Below, in pieces: positions 10,512 to 25,005 of a stretch of 64,000 nt of DNA. The notes beneath the pieces were generated by a model. The model made no database searches and was not told the DNA's origin. It worked only from the letters and a program-made list of their open reading frames with translations. Within the stretch, counting starts at the first letter, position 1; each line of letters starts with the position of its first letter. This stretch comes from Escherichia coli (GTDB taxonomy: Bacteria; Pseudomonadota; Gammaproteobacteria; Enterobacterales; Enterobacteriaceae), in NCBI RefSeq assembly GCF_044647545.1, contig NZ_CP172818.1. The stretch is one strand, 5' to 3'. Made by a program: the position numbers and the translations under genes.

Positions 10512-11504
10512 TTATTCGCGGAACAGCGCTTCGATATTCAGCCCCTGCGTTTGCAGGATTTCGCGCAAACGGCGCAGGCCTTCAACCTGAATCTGGCGAA
10601 CACGTTCACGGGTGAGGCCAATTTCACGACCTACATCTTCCAGTGTTGCCGCTTCGTACCCCAGCAAACCGAATCGACGTGCCAGTACTTCACGCTGTTT
10701 GGCGTTCAGCTCGAACAGCCATTTGACGATGCTCTGCTTCATATCGTCATCTTGCGTGGTATCTTCCGGACCGTTCTCTTTTTCATCGGCCAGGATGTCC
10801 AGCAACGCTTTTTCGGAATCACCACCCAGCGGGGTGTCTACCGAGGTAATGCGCTCGTTAAGACGAAGCATACGGCTGACGTCATCAACTGGCTTATCCA
10901 GTTGCTCTGCGATCTCTTCCGCACTTGGTTCATGGTCCAGTTTATGGGACAACTCGCGTGCGGTTCGCAGGTAAACGTTCAGCTCCTTTACGATGTGAAT
11001 CGGCAAACGAATAGTACGGGTTTGGTTCATAATCGCCCGTTCGATCGTCTGGCGAATCCACCAGGTTGCGTATGTTGAGAAGCGGAAACCACGTTCCGGG
11101 TCAAACTTCTCTACCGCGCGGATCAGCCCCAGGTTGCCCTCTTCGATAAGATCCAGCAAAGCCAGACCACGATTGCCATAACGGCGGGCAATTTTTACCA
11201 CCAGACGCAAGTTACTCTCGATCATCCGGCGGCGAGAGGCAACATCTCCACGCAGTGCGCGACGCGCAAAATAAACTTCTTCTTCGGCCGTTAACAGTGG
11301 TGAATAACCAATCTCACCAAGGTAAAGCTGAGTCGCGTCCAGCACACGCTGTGTGGCTCCCTGCGATAACAGTTCCTCTTCGGCCAAATCGTTATCACTG
11401 GGTTCCTCTTCTACTAAGGCCTTTTCGTCAAAAACCTCAACTCCGTTCTCATCAAATTCCGCATCTTCATTTAAATCATGAACTTTCAGCGTATTCTGAC
11501 TCAT
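10512..11504 (-). CDS. rpoS: RNA polymerase sigma factor RpoS (sigma-38)
   Basis: Sigma-70-family protein starting [21 protein letters not shown] (330 aa); the ORF track extends 12 codons upstream to an earlier ATG. Confidence 0.95.
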   Translation of the reverse strand: MSQNTLKVHDLNEDAEFDENGVEVFDEKALVEEEPSDNDLAEEELLSQGATQRVLDATQLYLGEIGYSPLLTAEEEVYFARRALRGDVASRRRMIESNLRLVVKIARRYGNRGLALLDLIEEGNLGLIRAVEKFDPERGFRFSTYATWWIRQTIERAIMNQTRTIRLPIHIVKELNVYLRTARELSHKLDHEPSAEEIAEQLDKPVDDVSRMLRLNERITSVDTPLGGDSEKALLDILADEKENGPEDTTQDDDMKQSIVKWLFELNAKQREVLARRFGLLGYEAATLEDVGREIGLTRERVRQIQVEGLRRLREILQTQGLNIEALFRE

Positions 11505-11566
11505 AAGGTGGCTCCTACCCGTGATCCCTTGACGGAACATTCAAGCAAAAGCCTGGTTCCGCCGAT

Positions 11567-12706
11567 TTATCGCTGCGGCAAATAACGCAGCGGGTTTACG
11601 GATTTCCCCTTGTAACGAATTTCAAAATGCAAGCGTGTTGAACTGGTTCCGGTGCTACCCATGGTTGCTATTTTTTGCCCCGCCTTCACTTCTTGTTGTT
11701 CCCGGACCAGCATTGTGTCGTTATGGGCGTAGGCACTCAGGTAATCATCATTATGTTTGATGATAATCAGATTACCGTAGCCGCGCAGCGCGTTACCGGC
11801 ATAAACAACGCGGCCATCTGCAGTCGCGATAATTGCCTGTCCTTTGCTGCCTGCGATATCAATCCCCTTGTTGCCCCCCTCAGAAGCGCCAAAGGTTTCG
11901 ATCACTTTGCCCTCAGTCGGCCAGCGCCAGGTGGAGATAGGCGTACTGGTTGATGTACTGCTGACAGTCGGCTCGGTTGTGCTTGCTGTTGGTACCGTTA
12001 CAGGCGCTGTGACCGTGGTCGCAGTTGGCTTGTTGTTCGGCAACATTTTGTTAGCACTCTGTTCACCCGAAGACTCAGAATACGTAATTGTCGGTTGCGA
12101 AGCAACAGCAACGGTGGAATTTTGTGCAGGCTTGATCACAACTCCTTGCTCTGCTGCGTCGGCCTGGGTAATGGCATTTCCGCCAGTGATTGGCGTACCG
12201 GAAGCATTCCCCACCTGTAAGGTCTGACCGACGTTCAGCGCATATGGTGCCTGAATATTGTTGCGCTGAGCAAGGTCACGGAAATCGTTGCCAGTAATCC
12301 AGGCGATATAGAAAAGTGTGTCGCCTTTTTTCACGGTGTATGTACTGCCGCTATAACTGCCTTTCGGAATGTTCCCATACTGACGGTTGTAGACGATTCG
12401 TCCGTTTTCCATCTGTACCGGCTGCTGAGCTACTGGCTGCACAGGCTGGATTTGCGGTTGTTGAGTAGCCTGAATTTGTGGCTGCTGTACCGGCTGAATT
12501 TGCGGTTGCTGCGCTGTAGACGTCGTCCCCATTTTCGACGGCGGCGTAATCAACATACCAGAATTGGTATTTGTAGGCGCATTGCCATTAACGGAGCTGA
12601 CCGGTGCCGGTGGATTTGAAGTGTCAGAACAGCCTGCCAGCCATAGCGAAACCAGTGACAAAGCCGCAATGCGGCGAACGGTGAATTTTGGGCTTCCCGC
12701 GCTCAT
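11567..12706 (-). CDS. nlpD: Murein hydrolase activator lipoprotein NlpD (LysM + M23 peptidase-like)
   Basis: 379-aa ORF; lipobox LAGC; Gln/Pro-rich repeat; C-terminal M23 domain. Confidence 0.95.
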   Translation of the reverse strand: MSAGSPKFTVRRIAALSLVSLWLAGCSDTSNPPAPVSSVNGNAPTNTNSGMLITPPSKMGTTSTAQQPQIQPVQQPQIQATQQPQIQPVQPVAQQPVQMENGRIVYNRQYGNIPKGSYSGSTYTVKKGDTLFYIAWITGNDFRDLAQRNNIQAPYALNVGQTLQVGNASGTPITGGNAITQADAAEQGVVIKPAQNSTVAVASQPTITYSESSGEQSANKMLPNNKPTATTVTAPVTVPTASTTEPTVSSTSTSTPISTWRWPTEGKVIETFGASEGGNKGIDIAGSKGQAIIATADGRVVYAGNALRGYGNLIIIKHNDDYLSAYAHNDTMLVREQQEVKAGQKIATMGSTGTSSTRLHFEIRYKGKSVNPLRYLPQR

Positions 12707-12845
12707 TTATCCCCCAGGAAAAATTGGTTAATAACCAGTGACATAATTACCGTGCAAGGCACCATACTGAACACTGGAAAAGATGTTCACGATACGCTGA
12801 CTTGCGGCAAAATAACCAGGAAAAATCCAGGTATTTCCTCACGTT

Positions 12846-14207
<1,362 letters not shown>

Positions 14208-14227
<20 letters not shown>

Positions 14228-15257
14228 AATCACCTGTTGTGTTGATAAGTTCCCTGACAACGCTGGTTGCAAAACTACCCGCCGGAAGCCAGAAACGGAT
14301 TTCTACGGTGACGTCATCCCACCAGTTCCAGCTTAATTGTTGCGGATACAGCAGCATCGCTCTGCGCGCGGCTTCAACTTTTTCGCGCACCAGTAAGGCT
14401 TGTAATTCAGTTTCTGCGGCGACAGCTGCTTGTTCGAATGCCAGCGCTTCACGCTGAGTTCCCCATTCGCCACTGCCCGGCAATGCGGCGGTTATCATCA
14501 GCTCTTTATCGTTGACGCGACGCTGTAATTCCACCAGTTCTTCGGTGGTTGCGACAAACCAGCTACCACGTCCGGCTAATTGTAGCGCATCGCCGTCAAC
14601 AACTTGATTAACGTCTGCTTTTTTGAGGCGCTCAGCAACAATCTGATTAAACAACGCACTGCGGGCTGCCGACAACCAAAAACTCCGTTTATTGCGATCG
14701 CGCACCGGAGTATTGGTTTGCGCCCAGCGCAGCGCGCCCTGCAAGTTGCTACCGCCAATCCCAAAACGTTGGGCACCGAAGTAGTTCGGTACACCTTTTA
14801 CGCAAATATCGATCAGACGTTGTTCAACGTCATCGCGATTGCTCACTTCGCGCAGAACCAGGGTAAAGGCGTTACCTTTCAGCGCGCCTAAACGCAGCTT
14901 GCGCTTGTGCCGCGCATACTCCAGCACCTGGCAGCCTTCCAGTTGAAAGGCGCTCAGATCGGGCATCTCTTTGCCCGGCACGCGAGCGCATAACCACTGT
15001 TCCGTAACAGCATGTTTGTCTTTTTGCCCAGCGAAGCTGACTTCACGGGAATGAATTTTCAGGAATTTCGCCAGTGCATCCGCCACAAAACGGGTATTGC
15101 AGCCGTTTTTGAGGATTCTAACCAGAATATGCTCACCTTCACCATCAGGCTCAAAGCCCAAATCTTCCACCACCACAAAGTCTTCCGGATTGGCTTTCAG
15201 CAGCCCGGTGCCTTGCGGTTTACCGTGGAGGTAAGTGAGATTATCAAACTCAATCAT
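14208..15257 (-). CDS. truD: tRNA pseudouridine(13) synthase TruD
   Basis: 349-aa ORF; operon position. Confidence 0.93.
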
Positions 15258-15733
15258 TTTGTTGCCTTAATGAGTAGCGCCACCGCTTCACAGGCAATCC
15301 CTTCCCCACGTCCGGTAAATCCAAGTTTTTCCGTAGTAGTGGCTTTCACGTTAACATCATCCATATGGCAGCCGAGATCTTCGGCAATAAACACGCGCAT
15401 TTGTGGAATGTGCGGCAACATCTTCGGTGCCTGAGCGATGATAGTGACATCGACGTTGCCAAGGGTATAACCCTTCGCCTGAATACGACGCCAGGCTTCG
15501 CGTAGCAGCTCGCGGCTGTCGGCACCTTTAAATGCCGGATCGGTATCCGGGAACAGTTTGCCGATATCCCCCAGCGCCGCCGCGCCAAGCAATGCATCGG
15601 TCAACGCATGGAGCGCCACATCGCCATCAGAATGCGCCAGCAATCCTTTTTCGTAAGGAATGCGTACGCCACCAATGATAATTGGGCCTTCACCGCCAAA
15701 GGCGTGTACGTCAAAACCGTGTCCAATTCGCAT
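15254..15733 (-). CDS. ispF: 2-C-methyl-D-erythritol 2,4-cyclodiphosphate synthase
   Basis: 159-aa ORF; [14 protein letters not shown]. Confidence 0.95.
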
Positions 15734-16443
15734 TATGTATTCTCCTGATGGATGGTTCGGGTGAGGTAAAACTCGGCCAGTGCCAAATCTTCCGGGCGCG
15801 TGACTTTAATGTTATCCGCGCGGCCTTCGACCAACTGCGGATGAAATCCGCAATATTCCAGCGCCGAGGCTTCGTCGGTAATGGTAGCGCCTTCATTTAG
15901 AGCGCGCGTCAGGCAGTCATGTAACAGCTCACGAGGGAAAAATTGCGGCGTCAGCGCGTGCCATAAGCCGTTGCGATCAACGGTATGAGCAATGGCATTT
16001 TTGCCCGGTTCGGCACGTTTCATCGTATCGCGCACTGGTGCGGCGAGGATCCCCCCCGTGCGGCTGGTTTCGCTCAACGCCAACAGGCGCGCGAGGTCAT
16101 CCTGATGCAGACAAGGACGAGCGGCATCATGCACCAATACCCACTGCGCGTCGCCAGCGGCTTTCAAACCTGCCAGCACGGAATCGGCACGCTCATCACC
16201 GCCATCTACAACGGTGATTTGCGGATGATTCGCCAGAGGAAGTTGTGCAAAACGGCTATCGCCAGGACTTATGGCAATGACGACATGTTTCACCCGGGGA
16301 TGCGCCAGCAGCGCATGCACCGAGTGTTCAAGAATGGTTTGATTACCGATTGAGAGATATTGCTTAGGACATTCCGTTTGCATTCGACGGCCAAATCCGG
16401 CCGCCGGAACCACGGCGCAAACATCCAAATGAGTGGTTGCCAT
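15733..16443 (-). CDS. ispD: 2-C-methyl-D-erythritol 4-phosphate cytidylyltransferase
   Basis: 236-aa ORF; 1-bp overlap with ispF. Confidence 0.95.
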
Positions 16444-16461
16444 GTTAATTCCTGGGCTGAT

Positions 16462-16773
16462 TTATCGATTGTTTTGCCCCGCAGACTGTGCGCGCTTCGA
16501 CGCGTCAGGCACCAGACGATAAAAAGTTTCGCCCGGCCTGGTCATGCTGAGTTCATTACGCGCACGCTCTTCGAGCGCCTCCTGGCCGCCATTGAGATCG
16601 TCAATTTCGGCAAAAAGTTGATCGTTTCGCGCTTTAAGTTTCGCGTTTGTAGCTTGCTGTGCCGCCACATCATCATTGACGCGGGTATAGTCATGTATAC
16701 CGTTCTTACCGAACCACAGCGAATACTGTAGCCAGACCAGAATAGCCAGCAACAGCAGCGTTAGTTTACCCAT
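16462..16773 (-). CDS. ftsB: Cell division protein FtsB
   Basis: 103-aa ORF; N-terminal transmembrane segment followed by coiled coil. Confidence 0.93.
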
Positions 16774-16966
16774 CCTGCCCCCTGAAAAACGGCATCATCA
16801 TCCCATGCATCCGAAGACGACTCTACATCCTCTGTTGGGGATACCGCGACAACGCGGGCAAATGTACCACATTTGTCCATTGTTACGTATACCCAGGGCG
16901 TGCAGAACATAATCTCATTATTAGTTACGGTTTGAATTATGAACAGAGGAGACAAGAAAGTACAAA

Positions 16967-17290
16967 TTAGCCCAGTAGCCACATAAACAGTGCGCCAAAC
17001 ATAATGCCTACTGTCACCAGGGTGAAAACAATACTGTAGCGTAGCTTTCCGTCCATCAATGAATGCAGCGCAATCCCCACCACTACCGCGACAGGCATCA
17101 GTGCCAGAAAGAAAGGCCAGGTGTAGATAAAGAAGAACAGCGTGTTAGAGCCATAAATCAACATCGGCATCGCCAGCGCAAATAACCATGAGATAAAACC
17201 GACCACGGCACCAGGCAGTGACCATGTGGTTTCTTCATCCTCAGTAAGGCTGTCGTTATTTGTTAGTGTAATGTTATGGCTATTACGCAT
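16967..17290 (-). CDS. ygbE: Inner membrane protein YgbE
   Basis: 107-aa hydrophobic ORF; position. Confidence 0.8.
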   Translation of the reverse strand: MRNSHNITLTNNDSLTEDEETTWSLPGAVVGFISWLFALAMPMLIYGSNTLFFFIYTWPFFLALMPVAVVVGIALHSLMDGKLRYSIVFTLVTVGIMFGALFMWLLG

Positions 17291-17339
17291 ATTTGATCCT
17301 GTTACTTTGACGAACCGGGCATGGAAACCCGGTGGTGTC

Positions 17340-17945
17340 TCAGGATCTGATAATATCGTTCTGTCTCAACAGATCTAATAATTGCTGTACCAAATTTGTT
17401 ACTAATTGTTCACCATTGAGATGAATTTCTGCCGATTCAGGCGCTTCGTAAACGGAATCTATTCCCGTAAAGTTGCGCAGTTCACCGGCACGCGCTTTCT
17501 TATATAAGCCTTTTGGATCGCGGGCTTCGCAAATCGCCAGCGGTGTATCGACAAACACTTCGATAAAGCGCCCTTCTCCTACGCGTTCGCGAACCATCTG
17601 GCGTTCGGCGCGGTGTGGCGAGATAAATGCGGTCAGCACCACCAGTCCGGCTTCAACCATCAAATTCGCCACTTCACCGACGCGACGGATATTCTCTTTA
17701 CGATCGGCATCGCTAAAACCGAGATCGCTGCATAATCCGTGGCGAACATTGTCGCCATCCAGCAGATACGTACTGACGCCGAGTTTATGTAACGCCTCCT
17801 CCAGCGCCCCGGCGACCGTTGATTTACCGGACCCGGAGAGGCCGGTAAACCACAGCACTACACCACGATGACCGTGGTGTAGCTCGCGTTGTTGCACAGT
17901 GACTGGATGGCTATGCCAGACGACGTTTTCGTCATGCAGCGCCAT
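17340..17945 (-). CDS. cysC: Adenylyl-sulfate (APS) kinase
   Basis: 201-aa ORF; P-loop GLSGSGKST. Confidence 0.95.
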
Positions 17946-19372
17946 TATTTATCTCCCAGCAAATCGCGCGCGCCCCAGTGCGGAAAGTGGCGGCGAACCA
18001 GAGCATTCAATTCCAGTTCGAATACACTGAATTGAGATGGCGCAGCAGTTGCCTGGCTAACTGGCTCGTGCACCATACCGGCACCTACGGTCACATTGCT
18101 CAGGCGATCGATTAAAATCAGCCCACCGGTCACCGGATTTTGCTGATAACGATCTAACACCAGTGGCTCGTCAAAGGTGAGATCTACCAGGCCGATGCCG
18201 TTCAGCGGCAGGTTTTCAACTTCGCGTTGGGTAAGGTTATTAATATCAACCTGATAACGAATACCATCAACACGAGCACGCGTCTTCTTACCGGCAATTT
18301 TGATGTCATAACTCTGGCCCGGGGAAAGCGGCTGTTCCGCCATCCATACCACATCCACCGACGCGCTCTGCACAGCCGGTAACGCTTCGTCTGCCGCCAG
18401 CAGCAGATCGCCACGGCTGATGTCGATCTCATCCGTCAGCACCAGGGTGATCGCTTCTCCGGCAAAGGCTTCTTCGCGATCGCCATCAAAAGTCACGATC
18501 CGCGCGACGTTTGATTCCACACCAGAGGGCAGCACTTTGACACGTTGCCCGACTTCCACGCGACCGGATGCCAGCGTTCCGGCGTAGCCACGAAAATCGA
18601 GATTCGGACGGTTAACGTACTGCACCGGGAAGCGCATTGGCTGAGCATCCACCACTCGCTGGATCTCCACGGTTTCCAGCACTTCTAGCAGTGTCGGACC
18701 GCTGTACCACGGCATACTTTCACTTTGCGAAGCCACGTTGTCGCCTTCCAGTGCGGAGAGCGGCACAAAGCGGATATCCAGATTACCCGGCAGCTGCCCG
18801 GCAAAAGTCAGATAATCTTCACGAATACGGGTGAACGTCTCTTCACTGTAATCCACCAGATCCATTTTGTTGATCGCCACGACCAGATGTTTGATCCCCA
18901 ACAGTGTGGAGATAAAACTGTGACGACGGGTTTGATCGAGCACGCCTTTACGGGCATCGATCAGTAAGATCGCCAGTTCACATGTCGATGCGCCAGTCGC
19001 CATATTGCGGGTGTACTGCTCGTGCCCTGGGGTGTCGGCGATAATAAATTTACGCTTCTCGGTAGAGAAATAGCGGTAGGCCACATCAATAGTGATGCCC
19101 TGTTCGCGCTCAGCTTGCAGGCCGTCCACCAGCAGTGCCAGATCCAGCTTTTCGCCCTGGGTGCCGTGACGCTTACTGTCGTTATGCAGCGATGAGAGCT
19201 GATCTTCGTAGATTTGGCGGGTATCGTGTAGCAGGCGACCAATCAGGGTACTTTTGCCGTCATCGACGCTACCACAGGTCAGAAAACGCAGCAGGCTTTT
19301 ATGTTGTTGCGCAATCATCCAGGCTTCGACGCCGCCTTCATTGGCGATTTGTTGTGCAAGTGCGGTGTTCAT
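17945..19372 (-). CDS. cysN: Sulfate adenylyltransferase subunit 1 (GTPase)
   Basis: 475-aa ORF; GTP-binding motifs [18 protein letters not shown]. Confidence 0.95.
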
Positions 19373-19373
19373 C

Positions 19374-20282
19374 TTAAAAATACCCCTGACGTTTTTTCAG
19401 CTCCATAGACCCCGCCTGGTCGCGGTCAATCACGCGGCCCTGACGTTCACTGGTGGTGGAAACCAGCATCTCTTCGATGATCTCCGGCAGTGTTTGTGCA
19501 TTTGACTCCACCGCACCGGTCAGCGGCCAGCAGCCCAGCGTACGGAAACGCACCATCCGTTTTTTAATCACTTCGCCCGGTTGCAGGTCGATACGGTTGT
19601 CATCAATCATCATCAACATACCGTCGCGTTCCAGAACCGGACGTTCCGCAGCGAGATACAGCGGCACAATGTCGATATTTTCCAGCCAGATGTATTGCCA
19701 GATATCCTGCTCGGTCCAGTTAGAGAGCGGGAAGACGCGGATGCTTTCGCCTTTGTTAATTTGCCCGTTGTAGTTGTGCCACAGCTCCGGGCGCTGATTT
19801 TTCGGATCCCAGCGATGGAAGCGGTCACGGAAAGAGTAGATTCGCTCTTTAGCGCGGGATTTCTCTTCGTCACGACGTGCGCCACCGAAGGCGGCATCAA
19901 AACCGTATTTGTTCAGCGCCTGTTTCAGGCCTTCAGTTTTCATAATATCGGTATGTTTCGCGCTGCCGTGTACGAATGGATTAATCCCCATCGCCACGCC
20001 TTCCGGGTTTTTATGCACCAGCAGCTCGCAGCCGTAGGCTTTCGCCGTACGATCGCGGAACTCATACATCTCGCGGAATTTCCAGCCGGTATCGACATGC
20101 AGCAACGGGAAAGGCAGCGTACCTGGATAAAACGCCTTGCGCGCCAGATGCAGCATGACGCTGGAATCTTTACCGATAGAGTAGAGCATCACCGGATTTG
20201 AGAATTCTGCAGCCACCTCGCGAATAATGTGGATGCTTTCCGCCTCCAGTTGCCGCAGGTGAGTAAGTCGTTTTTGATCCAT
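19374..20282 (-). CDS. cysD: Sulfate adenylyltransferase subunit 2
   Basis: 302-aa ORF; PAPS reductase-like fold. Confidence 0.95.
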   Translation of the reverse strand: MDQKRLTHLRQLEAESIHIIREVAAEFSNPVMLYSIGKDSSVMLHLARKAFYPGTLPFPLLHVDTGWKFREMYEFRDRTAKAYGCELLVHKNPEGVAMGINPFVHGSAKHTDIMKTEGLKQALNKYGFDAAFGGARRDEEKSRAKERIYSFRDRFHRWDPKNQRPELWHNYNGQINKGESIRVFPLSNWTEQDIWQYIWLENIDIVPLYLAAERPVLERDGMLMMIDDNRIDLQPGEVIKKRMVRFRTLGCWPLTGAVESNAQTLPEIIEEMLVSTTSERQGRVIDRDQAGSMELKKRQGYF

Positions 20283-20533
20283 AACCGTTCCTTTGCAATA
20301 CCGCTATTTTCTTGCCATCAGATGTTTCGACTATAGGGAGCGCAGGAGAACGAATGAAATTACCAATTAGAATGAGTAGTTCCTTAACGGAATAACGATT
20401 TGGCAAAGCTAATGTCAAAAAGTGCTTAAGGCACCAGATTTCGGGCGTTTAGGAAGATTTGAAATTGTTTTAGCGCATCGGCAGTTTCATACTATGGCGG
20501 TAAAAAAATTTGCATGGTATTTAAGGACTCACT

Positions 20534-21571
20534 ATGTTTTCCGCATTGCGCCACCGTACCGCTGCCCTGGCGCTCGGCGTATGCTTTATTCTCCCCGTAC
20601 ACGCCTCGTCACCTAAACCTGGCGATTTTGCTAATACCCAGGCACGACATATTGCTACTTTCTTTCCGGGACGCATGACCGGAACTCCTGCAGAAATGTT
20701 ATCTGCCGATTATATTCGCCAACAGTTTCAGCAAATGGGTTATCGCAGTGATATTCGGACATTTAATAGTCGGTATATTTATACCGCCCGCGATAATCGC
20801 AAGAGCTGGCATAACGTGACGGGAAGTACGGTGATTGCCGCTCATGAAGGCAAAGCTCCGCAGCAGATTATCATTATGGCGCATCTGGATACTTACGCCC
20901 CGCTGAGCGATGCTGACGCCGATGCCAATCTCGGCGGGCTGACGTTACAAGGAATGGATGATAACGCCGCAGGTTTAGGTGTCATGCTGGAATTGGCAGA
21001 ACGCCTGAAAAATACGCCTACCGAGTATGGTATTCGATTTGTGGCGACCAGCGGCGAAGAGGAAGGGAAATTAGGCGCTGAGAATTTACTCAAGCGGATG
21101 AGTGACACCGAAAAGAAAAATACGCTGCTGGTGATTAATCTCGATAACTTAATTGTTGGCGATAAATTGTATTTCAACAGTGGTGTAAAAACCCCTGAAG
21201 CAGTAAGGAAATTAACGCGCGACAGGGCACTGGCAATTGCGCGTAGTCATGGAATTGCCGCAACGACCAATCCGGGTTTGAATAAAAATTATCCGAAGGG
21301 TACTGGCTGTTGTAATGACGCCGAAGTTTTCGACAAAGCCGGTATTGCGGTACTTTCGGTGGAGGCGACCAACTGGAATCTTGGAAATAAGGATGGTTAT
21401 CAGCAACGCTCAAAAACACCGGCCTTCCCGGCGGGAAATAGCTGGCATGATGTAAGGCTTGATAATCAACAGCATATTGATAAGGCGCTTCCTGGAAGAA
21501 TAGAACGTCGTTGCCGTGATGTTATGCGGATAATACTACCGCTGGTGAAGAAACTGGCGAAGGCGTCTTGA
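20534..21571 (+). CDS. iap: Alkaline phosphatase isozyme conversion aminopeptidase (M28 family)
   Basis: 345-aa ORF with signal peptide; immediately upstream of the CRISPR array. Confidence 0.92.
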   Translation: MFSALRHRTAALALGVCFILPVHASSPKPGDFANTQARHIATFFPGRMTGTPAEMLSADYIRQQFQQMGYRSDIRTFNSRYIYTARDNRKSWHNVTGSTVIAAHEGKAPQQIIIMAHLDTYAPLSDADADANLGGLTLQGMDDNAAGLGVMLELAERLKNTPTEYGIRFVATSGEEEGKLGAENLLKRMSDTEKKNTLLVINLDNLIVGDKLYFNSGVKTPEAVRKLTRDRALAIARSHGIAATTNPGLNKNYPKGTGCCNDAEVFDKAGIAVLSVEATNWNLGNKDGYQQRSKTPAFPAGNSWHDVRLDNQQHIDKALPGRIERRCRDVMRIILPLVKKLAKAS

Positions 21572-21652
21572 TGGGTTTGAAAATGGGAGCTGCGAGTTCT
21601 ACCGCAGGGGCGGGGAATTCTAAGTGATATCCATCATCGCATCCAGTGCGCC

Positions 21653-22418
21653 CGGTTTATCCCCGCTGGCGCGGGGAATCGCCGGAAAATATTCATGATG
21701 GGGGTGGTTATGGCGGTTTATCCCCGCTGGCGCGGGGAATCTCGGGGCCGCCGTGTTCACATTTGCCTAATTTCCCGGTTTATCCCCGCTGGCGCGGGGA
21801 ACTCTATCATAAACGAGGTGAATTTATGGAAACTGTACGGTTTATCCCCGCTGGCGCGGGGAACTCGTTAGTTTTCGAAAAAATTGTTTTCTTACGCTGG
21901 TTTATCCCCGCTGGCGCGGGGAACTCAATTATTGTCGTGGACAAATGCCGGTGTTATTGCGGTTTATCCCCGCTGGCGCGGGGAACTCATTCGAGACAAT
22001 CTCTCAAAATTAATGAAATCGGTTTATCCCCGCTGGCGCGGGGAACTCCAGGTATCAAGAAATAATCGAAGCCTTCATGACGGTTTATCCCCGCTGGCGC
22101 GGGGAACTCAATTGATTGCTGGGTGATATTGGAAAATGTTGCGGTTTATCCCCGCTGGCGCGGGGAACTCCTACCGTACAGATCCTGACCGGATATTATT
22201 TTTTTGCGGTTTATCCCCGCTGGCGCGGGGAACTCCGACGTTCGACGAAATGCGCGATGGCGGTCGGCGGTTTATCCCCGCTGGCGCGGGGAACTCTTCT
22301 GCGTCCCCGATGTCTGGCCCGACTGGTCCGGTTTATCCCCGCTGGCGCGGGGAACTCTATATGACCGGAACACTTCCGCCTGACGTTTGCGGTTTATCCC
22401 CGCTGGCGCGGGGAACTC
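21653..22418 (-). CRISPR. CRISPR array, type I-E repeat (plus strand CGGTTTATCCCCGCTGGCGCGGGGAACTC), 13 repeats and 12 spacers; leader at the high-coordinate end
   Basis: Repeat starts at about 21653, 21714, 21776, 21838, 21898, 21960, 22020, 22081, 22142, 22207, 22268, 22329, 22390; the two leader-distal repeats end GAATCG/GAATCT. Confidence 0.97.
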
Positions 22419-22523
22419 TCTAAAAGTATACATTTGTTCTTAAAGCATTTTTTCCCATAAAAACAACCCACCAACCTTAATGTAACATTTCCTTATTATT
22501 AAAGATCAGCTAATTCTTTGTTT
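22419..22523 (-). promoter_or_regulatory. AT-rich CRISPR leader between the last repeat and cas2
   Basis: AT-rich non-coding segment adjoining the consensus repeat; leader role is from established knowledge of type I-E arrays. Confidence 0.7.
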
Positions 22524-23727
<1,204 letters not shown>

Positions 23728-23742
23728 TTTATTACACCTAAA

Positions 23743-24342
23743 TCACAGTGGAGCCAAAGATAGCAAGCCACATCCCATCGATTTAGCTGGCCCAATACCT
23801 TGCTGTACAAGATCTATTAACGCTGGCGCGTCGTTGATGGTGATCACCCCTTCAAAGCAAACCGTTTGAATCTTTCCACTTTTACCATCACCAGAAAAAT
23901 ACTGTGGCCGTTCCGATATGGGATGCACATCTTCAACGCGCGCCGCATTGCCCAATTTACGTTGCAACCACGCGATTTGTTCTGCTTCTTTTATTAACGG
24001 AACCCGACAGCGTTTAATATTCCCTTTACTGTCCAGGCGCTTTTGATTGTCGAGAATAGTTTTGATCGGATTTGCCCGAAGCCGAAAATAGAGTGGAACA
24101 CCAACCTGAAGTTGAAATTCAACCTGTTTAGTTTTAATGACTGTCGCAACGGCAGTTGAAACAGGCATTTGCGCTGACTGCAATAAAACATGACAGCCTT
24201 CTGGTGTGTTTCGCTTCTCAACATGAAAAAGAAAATCACGAGCAGCATCCGGTCTGTTTGGAAATAAATGCCATAATCCCTGGTGAAGTTGGTAAAGATC
24301 CCTGCTCCAGGCCCTGGCAATGATGACTTTACTGAGATACAT
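23743..24342 (-). CDS. casE: Cascade pre-crRNA endoribonuclease CasE (Cas6e)
   Basis: 199-aa ORF starting MYLSKVIIARAW. Confidence 0.95.
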   Translation of the reverse strand: MYLSKVIIARAWSRDLYQLHQGLWHLFPNRPDAARDFLFHVEKRNTPEGCHVLLQSAQMPVSTAVATVIKTKQVEFQLQVGVPLYFRLRANPIKTILDNQKRLDSKGNIKRCRVPLIKEAEQIAWLQRKLGNAARVEDVHPISERPQYFSGDGKSGKIQTVCFEGVITINDAPALIDLVQQGIGPAKSMGCGLLSLAPL

Positions 24343-25003
24343 CCATACCTCCTTTAATCACATACCATTCTCGGGAAGCAAATTGTCGAGGTAAGGTGAT
24401 CATCGGTTCGTCGCGCGCCGTAAATTTTAAATAATGCCCTGTAACTGATTCCTCACTATAAATATCGCCGCCAACGGGCTCATAATTTAATAGCGCCTTC
24501 TGAGGATCCGATGCCTTACATGTCCCCAAAAAAAGCGGGTGTGTTAGTGGGCAACTTCTCCGCCCCAGGTAGGGTGTATACCGAGGCTTTAATACTGCTT
24601 TTTCAAGTTCTGAGATAACCATCGTTGCATGGGGTGTTAACCAGAGAGCGACGGTAAAGGAGGCATCACATAAATATTCGCGCCATGTTTGAATCGTTTC
24701 ATGACTTTTCAAACCACGGTAATCTTCTCGCGCTCCAAGGACTGTATGGTAATCACGCAACCCCGTTACAGACACACGACGATCGTCAAGAATGAGTTCA
24801 TCGCAGCGCACTGCAAATTGCACACTCTCTGATAACGCCTGTAATGAAGAAGTATCATCACGTTGGATCCCAAGACAAGCACCGAGTAGCCCTAATAACC
24901 CGCTTCGGGTCGGAAATCTTCCGGTAGGTCGCGTTCCTTCAAAGGTCGGCTGCCCCCAGGCTTGCATTGGCCCAGCAAGCCGCAAGATCAAATAAGATCT
25001 CAT
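24329..25003 (-). CDS. casD: Cascade subunit CasD (Cas5e)
   Basis: Start taken at MRSYLILRLAGPMQAWG (224 aa); overlaps the casE start. Confidence 0.92.
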   Translation of the reverse strand: MRSYLILRLAGPMQAWGQPTFEGTRPTGRFPTRSGLLGLLGACLGIQRDDTSSLQALSESVQFAVRCDELILDDRRVSVTGLRDYHTVLGAREDYRGLKSHETIQTWREYLCDASFTVALWLTPHATMVISELEKAVLKPRYTPYLGRRSCPLTHPLFLGTCKASDPQKALLNYEPVGGDIYSEESVTGHYLKFTARDEPMITLPRQFASREWYVIKGGMDVSQ

Positions 25004-25005
25004 GT

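Noticed and set aside
10437-11078. 213-aa plus-strand ORF overlapping rpoS
   Set aside because: Antisense to rpoS; no recognisable motifs
21646-22423. Four overlapping plus-strand ORFs (139, 80, 82, 95 aa) with recurring GLSPLARGT / YPRWRGEL motifs
   Set aside because: They are translations of the CRISPR repeats in different frames, not genes
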